Source: Ptychomitrium polyphyllum (Eukaryota). From it: a stretch of DNA of 64,000 nucleotides. A program made the translations under genes and the position numbers. The notes beneath the pieces are model-generated. The model searched no databases. It was given only the letters and a program-made list of their open reading frames with translations, and was not told the origin of the DNA. The stretch covers positions 13,702,001-13,766,000 of the forward strand of contig OZ316775.1 of NCBI GenBank assembly GCA_973851085.1. Direction: 5' to 3'. This document shows positions 55,246-64,000 of the stretch, piece by piece (within the stretch, counting starts at the first letter, position 1; each line of letters opens with the position of its first letter).

Positions 55246-56122
55246 ACACATCAATGATTTCTAGAGCTAGATTATGGATCAAGAGTTAGGGTAGGTTTTC
55301 GTGTGATCAAGGCGTATCCATTGCACGTTCAAACAGCAGGTGCTTACACTGTTTTGAATACTTCATGGACATTAATAGGCCTCTTCAATTTTTCCTTGTT
55401 AAGAAGAATAGTGCACATACTTTAGCAATACAGTAGCAGATGTTTGTAATCAACCCCTTCCAAACACCAAGCTGTTTGGCCAAGCTCCACATTTTTGTGC
55501 AGCTAGTCCATAAATTACAACAATTCAAAATAAAAGAACAAAGAATTAGTCAATACAGACAGACTGTTACAAGCTACATCTACTCAGTGCACAAGTAGCA
55601 CTACCGAGTGCCAACTGCAAAGGCCCTGCAAATCCTCGCTGAATGGCTCACTCAAATCTTTGCTGAGTTGTCATCGAGAAACCATTTTTTTTGAGGTGGT
55701 TTAGTTCCAGAGACTTTAATATCACGAGGTTCGAATGATTTCCTCTGCCAGTTCAAACTCACTTGCAGCAAGCAGCAGCAGATGTGATAATTATGTTTTT
55801 ACACTGGTTTTTATTCAGTTGTGCTATATATTAGTTCTGATGATGGCAATGGATGAGGGACAGCAATATATGCTGATGAGATGGTTATGCAACAATGTTT
55901 ACTTTGAATTCCATTAAACATAATGATTTCACAACATTTCTCATGAAACATTTCGTCACAAGTTTCACGCAAAGAATCTCTGCTTTATACAAAAATCAAG
56001 TTTCCATCGTTTGTGCCAAATTGATGACGTCATGAACTTTGTGTCCATGTTCCATATCCCCAACTAGAGTGTTCTTATCACTTGCAAACAGAGAGAACTA
56101 CTGCTCAAGTTCATGACGATAG

Positions 56123-59100
56123 CTATAGTTTGAAAACTGCAGCACCCGCAGATGGCTTTGAGGCAAATACGTAAAGATCTAAATCTTTCTCTTTGATTTT
56201 CCCCTTCTTCACCAAAGGTTGAAAGTAGGACTCCTGCACAAAGACGATCATCAACAATCATTCTGAAGTCTGATTACCCCAAATCTGGAAACACACACTT
56301 CCAATAAATTCATATACTCCACCTTTTCAGCATGTTAGCAGCATAAAATATACCAATGATAATTGACTAAAGCTTTGCTGAGTTTCTAGAGATGTTCTAG
56401 ATAATGCCAACACTAGGGCAGGAAAGCTGAAATTAAATACCTTGAGAATAGAAATAAAAGAATCCACTTCCTCTTCCTTGACAAGGGCTACAACGCAACC
56501 GCCCCAACCAGCTCCTGTTAACCTGGCTCCAATTGCACCATTGGCTCGGCATAGTCCAACCAAGCTCTCCAGCTCAGGACAACTAAAACAACTCAAACGA
56601 GGCCCTTCACCCATTAGACAGCACTTTACAAGTAGGTGCATTACTGAATAATCAAACAGCAGATAATTTTAATAATGCCAAAGGAGGACCACAAACCTGC
56701 ATTCATATAGAAGGCTGCAGCTGGCATGGCTCTCATTCATGAGCTCTCCTAACCTCTTCAACACCAACTCCTCGCTGCGTCATATCCAATCTCAAAATAG
56801 AAAAGGTCAGAATTATAAAACCAAAGATAAGGAAATACTATACATGGAAAACGGTATCCGTTCTGCTTTAATCGACCCTCGCATTCATCACAAAAAGTAT
56901 TACCAATACTTATGAAAAGTCACATTTCATCTACAGAGGACAACAATACCGTTTTACTAATATGAATTTACATACAGAAGTGACATTCGTTGATATTGAA
57001 AAATACCTCTCTGATTGCACTGTTGCTCCTCGAAAATCATGTACCCGCTTGGCTTCAGTATACACGTGCTTGGCCCTCTGCACGACATCCACTCACACTC
57101 TTACCCAGTCAAGAAAAAGGTATTAATGCACAGCGGAATTCGGCATCTCTATTAGAAGCAAAATGTTGCTATTAATAGATGCTAATAATTCTAGGCAACA
57201 CTAGACAAGACTTAATATAATATTCACAAGGTTGAGTAATGAAGGAACCAACTTGATGGAGCTTAAAGTGGTTGGCAGCAGCCAACACAGCTAGAGTAGT
57301 AGCCGACTTTTTCATGATGGTTGTTAATTTCGCTTGCAGAATGTCTTCGATTTCTTTAGTGTTGTAAGACGCTTCATGCAAAAACTTCTGCAGGAGTTTT
57401 AGAAATAAAATAGTGAGGAATAAGCTTGTTGGGTAGAGAAAGAGCTACTAGCTTATCATAATCCACTTGAAGAAAGCCTTGAGTACCTCAACAGCGATGA
57501 CAGGGCTGGAAGAGCCAGAGGCAGAAGCATATTTAACACATAGACCCTCCACGTCTGAGAGCGTGTTCACTGACGTCCTGGCCTCCTCCAGTGACATCCC
57601 AAGTTTCACAGCTAGGACCATCTGCCATTTCAACAACATTGTTAAAATCTATGCAGGGAATTATGCACTACTTGCTAATGAGTATTTCATATAGGTTCAA
57701 CAATTGGACATACGGCTACTCCTATAGCAGGAGTTGTATCTTCGTTCAAGTCAATTTAAGAACACATGTCCAATTAAGATTTAAAGATTCTAAATCTTAC
57801 GGCAGCCAAGCGACACTCCACAACGCGATTGTTGTAGTTTGTGGAAGCAGTCTCTGCTTTCTTCGACTCTGTGAGAGAGTTTGCAACCACAAATGACCCA
57901 GCCTTGGGCAGCAAAACATCACTTGCCCGAATGGGACTAAAATCTATCAGTTTAGCTACTCCAGGCGCTGCCATGATTGAGATAGCCTGGTCCATACCGC
58001 CTGACTGCGTACCAATGTGACGCTCGCATGTGCAGCTGAACTCCGCGACCTCTTGCTACACACCATACAAACATAACCAAATATCATTCTTCCATATCAA
58101 CGGGATGATAACCAAGGGCATACAAGGCTGATTGAAAATGCCCTGGACAAGTATCCACTTTCTATGAAGTTACCACCAAATTTATCCGCGGGTTTATAAG
58201 AAAATTCTACCAAGTATCACTGAAACGGACAAGCCTCTAGTTAGTGCAAGATCCAGTTCATTATAAGTAACATATTCATCTGAGAATCTCTGAGCAATCA
58301 AAATTTTCACTTGAGCTGAGCTGATATACCTTGGAAAACCTTAGATTGAATAGAGATGAGAGAGAAACAACACTAACACAGACGAGTGCAGAGGAGCTGG
58401 AAAGTCCCGCGCCTGTAAACACATTAAAAACATCAAGAGAAAAGAAATAGAAGAATGACCTTAGAACTTGGTTTATCTAGAGATGCCAGGATCGCAATGG
58501 CAGAAGAGCAGACAATAGCTGCCGAACTTGATAACCCGGCCCCTGCACCCTCCATATGATTTACAATTATGGTTTATTCACCACTTTAGCATATAACCTT
58601 ATGAAATATTGTGATTCATAATGCTGAGCATTTGATAAAGGAAATAAATGCTTCATTAACCAGATTAAGAGGATGCGAATGAATAATTCGGCCATCAAGA
58701 CATTTGGACGGAAAAATCTAACCAATTGGAACTGTGCCATCAACTAAAGCATTAAGTCCAACTGAAGCTCCAAGAGCCTCGCTTTTGGACGCAAGATGCT
58801 CAAAGACTCCTTTGTATCTGCAGGAAGAAAAGTGGCACATATTTCTTGGCTCCGTATAAACGAACTTGCAGGATCCAAAGTCAAATAGTATTCAGCAAAA
58901 TCAAGTGGTTCTCGTGGTCATGGATAAGGAATCAAGACGCAATCAAAACGATAAAGCAGTTTCGTAAACTAAACCACTTCATATGAGATGGCAGTGAACC
59001 CACAGATGACCTGAGAGTAAACTCCAATTTTCCGTGGCTGTATTTACAAACATTGATAACAGAAATCAAACAGAAGCAGAGTACAAGAATTCATGCCACC

Positions 59101-59967
59101 ACGGTGGCAATCATACCCGCAAATAAAATAGTTTGCCCACACATGATTCTCTCTATCCACTTCCTGTTAAAATACAACACATAATTTAGAAACCACTATG
59201 TCTTCAAGAAGGTCCGGCTTAAGGTCACCGTTCCCCTGTTCGTATCCATTGAATTATCTCTAACAAGCAAACCAAAAAAACTACCCACACTGTTCAAACA
59301 TCGAAGCACTAACTTGCCCCCACATTATGCAAGCTTCATATAGTGAAAGCACCCAAAAGAAACTGGAATTGTGACGAGGCAATAAACACGGTAGAGTGAC
59401 CTGGGACGGGTCGGCCGAAAACTCGCAAGCTTGGAATTCTGATGAATCGACGTTGGCAATGTGCAACAGCGGGGGTCCCTGCTCGCGCTTACCAATAGCA
59501 ACGACTGTATCCTGACGAATTGCCATCGGAAGTACAGAATAACCTTCGTAATCAATGTGCTCGCCTATTAGGTTCACCCTGCCTGCAAGAATCACATGTG
59601 AACACAAATATCATTGCAAAATTTTCTTTAAATATTTCCAAACGAAGCATTTTTGACGCAAACTCACTCCGTCGAGCGATTTAGCCTAGGTAAAAATTTA
59701 GGCTGCTTCAATAAGGGACATTACAATGTGAAGCAATCCGATTTGTGGCCAAACCCCCTGTAAGCAAAAGCATCAACAAAGCGAAGGGATTGCGTTTGAC
59801 GAACCTGGAGCACGGGCATACAGCTCAGGCTCACAACCATACAGTCGCTTAAATTGCTGCTTCAAATTTTCATATCGGAGGGATGCTTCCTCTCGTAAAG
59901 GACCTTCGCCGTAAATCTCACCCAAAGATGTGAAGACAGGAATCGGCTCCTCCATGCTGTCCGCCAT
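56123..59967 (-). CDS. GALK: Galactokinase (GHMP kinase, plant GAL1/GalK)
   Basis: Exons include 59805..59967 (…ARAPG), 59401..59582 ([21 protein letters not shown]), 59117..59163, 58723..58817, motif-II exon 58460..58542 or 58330..58412, 57801..58055 ([14 protein letters not shown]), [12 protein letters not shown], and last exon 56123..56233 (…[16 protein letters not shown]). Confidence 0.96.
58330..58542 (-). other. Tandemly duplicated 83-nt exon pair in galactokinase (candidate mutually exclusive exons)
   Basis: 58460..58542 encodes [28 protein letters not shown]; 58330..58412 encodes [28 protein letters not shown]. Both are CAG|…|GT, phase 1 to 0, with a 47-nt spacer. Confidence 0.85.
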
Positions 59968-61599
59968 AGTGTGTCGCTGTTGATTAGCGGCAGAAAAATT
60001 GAAATCGAAGTGAACGACGGTTTAGGACTAGAGATCTTTTACAAATTACAAACCGAGAGCTCCTTGCACTGGCTACCAAAGACCGTTGCCAAATCCTAGA
60101 TTCTGCCAGAAAGAACAGCAGAAGCCGCAACGGTGTAAGTGACGATTCACTTCATTTCGGTTCAATTCCTTCAATCAGAGCAGCTCAACGAATTCGACGC
60201 CAATCAACACGATGAGCAACTCTCACTCCACGCTCTCTCACACACGTTGGTACAGAAAATATACGAATTGAATCAGAATATTCAAAACAGAGCAGAGACA
60301 AAGAGGGCTTAGCATCATCCTACTCATCTAGGGCCACAACTCGGACGCAGACTAGAAAAGCACAAGCAGCGTAAGATGCACCTCGACACCCAACCGTTGA
60401 AATATTTTTCCTTAGCTATTCATGAACCTTGACAGGAATCATCACAACCATAGTCGCTATCACAACAACTCTACAATTACAAGAACAAGAAATCAAAAAC
60501 CCACATAGTAAAACGCTCTACTGATCGTTTTCCTCAGTCACATAGAACAAACTGCCCCAAGAGAGAATACACCATCCAACGCTTCCGCACAAAAGTACTG
60601 ATCTTCGTCACAGCTACCCAATCCTCAAACTCCGTGCAGCCGTCAACCACAACATTCCGTGTCGATAATCTCCACACGACCTCCTGGAGTTCACCATGAA
60701 GAGCTCAAGAATCTCACAACCCAATCCTGCAACCCTAGCCTCAAGATCAAAACCTCACCTCGTCAGCACCAATCCGGAGTAGAAATGGCACGTCAGACAC
60801 CATCCTCCACATCACCGACACAGCCAATTCCATCACAAACTTCGTGAACTACAAAGCTACAGCACCGCAGAAACCGAGGACTAACTGTGGGCGCCAATTG
60901 TGCATCAAAATGTGCAAGAAGCGTGTGATGCGCGTGATCCGCTGGTTGTGGGTGAGCTGCCTGGCCCCCGGCGCCACCCTGGTGCTGCCTCCATGCTCCT
61001 GCCGCTCTCACCCTCCATATCCAACCCTTGTTCAAGCTCCCTCTCGCCCCGTCGCTAACCCCTCTCCCGGGTGTTGTTTGCCTTCCCCATCGCCATGCCC
61101 TGCTGCTGCCCGGGTGATGACAGGGTGATGACGCGATCATGACATGGTGATAACGTGGTGATGACATGGGGATGGCATGGCGATAGACATAGGGATGGCA
61201 TGGAGGATGCTATGGTGGTGTTCGACGATGGTTGGACACCACTTGAGGGCGAGTGCAGATTACACTCTAATATTTCGGAAAAGCAAGAGCTCGGAGAATA
61301 CTCCAATGCACTGGACAATTCAAGGACACGTGGAAGCCGGACAAGAGAGCGGCGATGAACAGAAAACAGGGGGAGAGGAGAGGAGATTTTGGGTCGAGCG
61401 TTCATGCGTTTGTTGGGCACGGTTTTGGAAGGGACAGTTTTGGAGCAGTCTGAGTCGACCTGGTTGGTTGGCTGGTGGGTTGTCCAGGAGCACACGAGGA
61501 GGAAACGAGGTTGTGGTGAGTCTTTTGGGGCCTATTTCCACGGCTTTTATGTGAAAATTGTTGTGGCGAATGAAATTTTTATGTGGAAGGTGATTGCTT

Positions 61600-62640
61600 T
61601 TTGAGATTTTTATAAAAGAATATGAAATGAAGATAGTTTTGTATTATCTTTATGATTTTTTATGATTTTATAGGACATTTTTAGATCACAAGATTAGATA
61701 GTTCTATCACTTGCTTTTGCTTTTATAATGCTTTGTTGCACTGAAACCTTAATGGATCTATAGAGTAATTTTTTTATAGAACATTTGTATATATATAAAA
61801 GTGGATTTATTTCAATGAAAAAAAAAATGGAACTCAGCATTGTATGGTACATAATGGAGTGACAATTCATTTTAAATGTGATGCTATGCACGAATTGTCA
61901 TAAAGTGCTTCATTGATTCAATTGAAATTTTGTTGATACTAAAAAACTTGTCCATATATAATTGTTTGGATTGGTTGCAAAATTATTCTATAGATCCATT
62001 GAGGTTAATTTAAAAGGATTTCAATTGGTATGATCTTTTATGTTTGTCAAAGTTTCACATAATGGTGGTGAAATAAAATTTGAGAAAAGCAAAAAGTATA
62101 CTAAAAAATCAATTGCAAGCTAAGTTAATTAGAATAGTGCTATTTACAAAAAATTCAATACAAAAGTTACAAAATTTTATTTTTTTAGTAAATCAAAGTA
62201 AATAGATAGTGAAGAAGCTCTTTGGCCATTTGAGTTAAGTATTAATTATAAATCATTCTTATTAAATTTTTATTGAATGATATATTCTTTTCAAGGTAGA
62301 ATCAATGTAACCCTTAATAATTACAATTTTTGATGTGATGATGATAGTTCATTTTTTCCTCTTAAACTTTTACAAGTTTGAAGAAAATATTTGCCTTGTA
62401 TCATTCTAGATCTATATTTTTTTGGTGGTGATATGTGATGATACATGTGGTGACTTTGAAGTACAAATTAATTTTGGAGAAGTGTGTTTTAAAATTAATC
62501 AACAAGTTTTTGAATCCAGGAAAATTCTCATTTGTGAAAGGAAATGTTCATAATATTAGAGAATAAAAAGAAAACTTGTGCTTGTTGCATTTTAACAATT
62601 TAAGAAGTAGAGTTTTGCAATATATTTTGCAAATATGCCA
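61600..62640. repeat. AT-rich island, probable degenerate repeat
   Basis: Sharp compositional shift, CpG depletion and no coding signal; no termini identified. Confidence 0.35.
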
Positions 62641-64000
62641 CCAGAAAACAGTATCTTAATACACCGCTGAAAATGTCGTGCACTTAAACGCTATAAAGAT
62701 TGTCACTGAAGAAAATGATTAGGGCAGCCTGGCTGGGTGACAGGCTAGGAGTGCTCCATTCATATTTTCTGGAATGCTCACAATTTTAATGAGGCCTTTG
62801 CAACACCAGAACTCTACAGTGTTTTGTGGCATCTTAGCACGTTGCTCAGGTCAACTACTGGTCAGTTAGTACACTGTTTTCAGATATAATACTTGCGTAT
62901 CAAGCAGTGTGATCTTCACTGATTAACCTAAATATATACAGTATTTGCCGATATATACTTTTTGCTTTCATTTTGAAAATGACTAATCGAACTGTATCAA
63001 CAATAATACGGGAATTACTGTAGCAACCAAAGTCACATGACAAATGCAATACAATTATGTGAGTCCGGGAGCAGCCGGCTTCAGTTTCAACAGAAGACGG
63101 AGAAATCGCTCCGGAATCCCTCTCGGAGTACTTATCATTTCCGGCGGTAATAGGTCATCTAATCCATACCATGGACTCGGATCAGATTGTCTCATGAATA
63201 TCACGAACCAAACGACCTGGACATGTCAAATTTAGAGCATCTGCAAAGAGAATATATCCATTAAAAGTCCCCCAAGAACCTCAAAATCTGCTCACAGAAT
63301 CAAATTGGCACAACCAAAGATTCTGGTCTCATCCACGGACACATCATGAGCTCCGACAACTTGGAAGACACAACTGTAAACTCGATTTTCACAAGTGCTT
63401 TAAAATGCATCCAATAATAACTTCACAGATATGTTCATAAGCAAAACTGAGGTTGTGAGCACACACGATGGAAAACTGTGTGGTATCGGCAAATGCTATT
63501 CTCTTTAGTCACATTGAAATATGCCAAGTGATTTGAGATTCACCAAGAAATGCTACACTAGGTACTGAACTGTGCTCTTTCCGCACTATAACAGTGAAAA
63601 CTTCCCACAATAATCTCGAATGATACACACTAACGGCTGAGGAGAACAGATATATGTAATAGACATCATTAGTTGACCGCCCTTCCCGAAACCGGAGGGC
63701 CAACTTCCAGAAAACCTGGTCGGAACAGAGGCGCAAATTGAGAACAATATAGAGCTGATAGGGTAAGGACTCGAGCACTTTCCAATCAAGGAATCAGAGA
63801 AACTATCTTCCGAGATATTTATTCGTTTCAAGAATCTAATTAGCTGCAGCTTTCATGCTGTTGGATACAAAAGTAGACGTGCTAAAAAATGTGCATTCAA
63901 AGTTCGTCGATAATGGCCAATCTTATATTCATAAATAGATGACCCACTCCGAGTTTCCGATTTTTGAGCGCTCAAATTGAAATCTAAACTTGTCCACTGG

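Noticed and set aside
63040..63850. Possible terminal exons of a gene entering from the right edge
   Set aside because: Short ORFs with no recognisable homology or consistent splice model within the window.

Overview
Eukaryotic, intron-rich land-plant genomic DNA. Protein content, intron style and AT-rich repeat islands suggest a moss such as Physcomitrium/Funariaceae (inference, no search run). Left to right: a strongly diverged, window-truncated copy of a sugar-phosphate/nucleotide-sugar translocator in tandem with its canonical At1g06470/SLC35C2-like paralog (11 exons, including a 13-nt microexon); a nodulin-like/NFD4-type MFS transporter; three intronless calmodulin-like genes (one with an in-frame TGA; two share a near-identical inverted 192-bp tract); a decayed coiled-coil pseudogene candidate; RPL39; a 540-bp solo LTR with a 5-bp TSD; a carbonyl-reductase-type SDR; CDKD head-to-head with a kanadaptin-like FHA gene; CSP41a; a COMT-like pseudogene; and galactokinase. 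The most striking observation is in galactokinase: the 83-nt exon encoding the GHMP ATP-binding loop (GAGLSSS) occurs twice in tandem, both copies open and with intact splice sites, separated by only 47 nt. This is the classic architecture of mutually exclusive exons, which are rarely reported in plants. Exon boundaries were derived by hand from GT-AG sites, reading frame and recalled family motifs.
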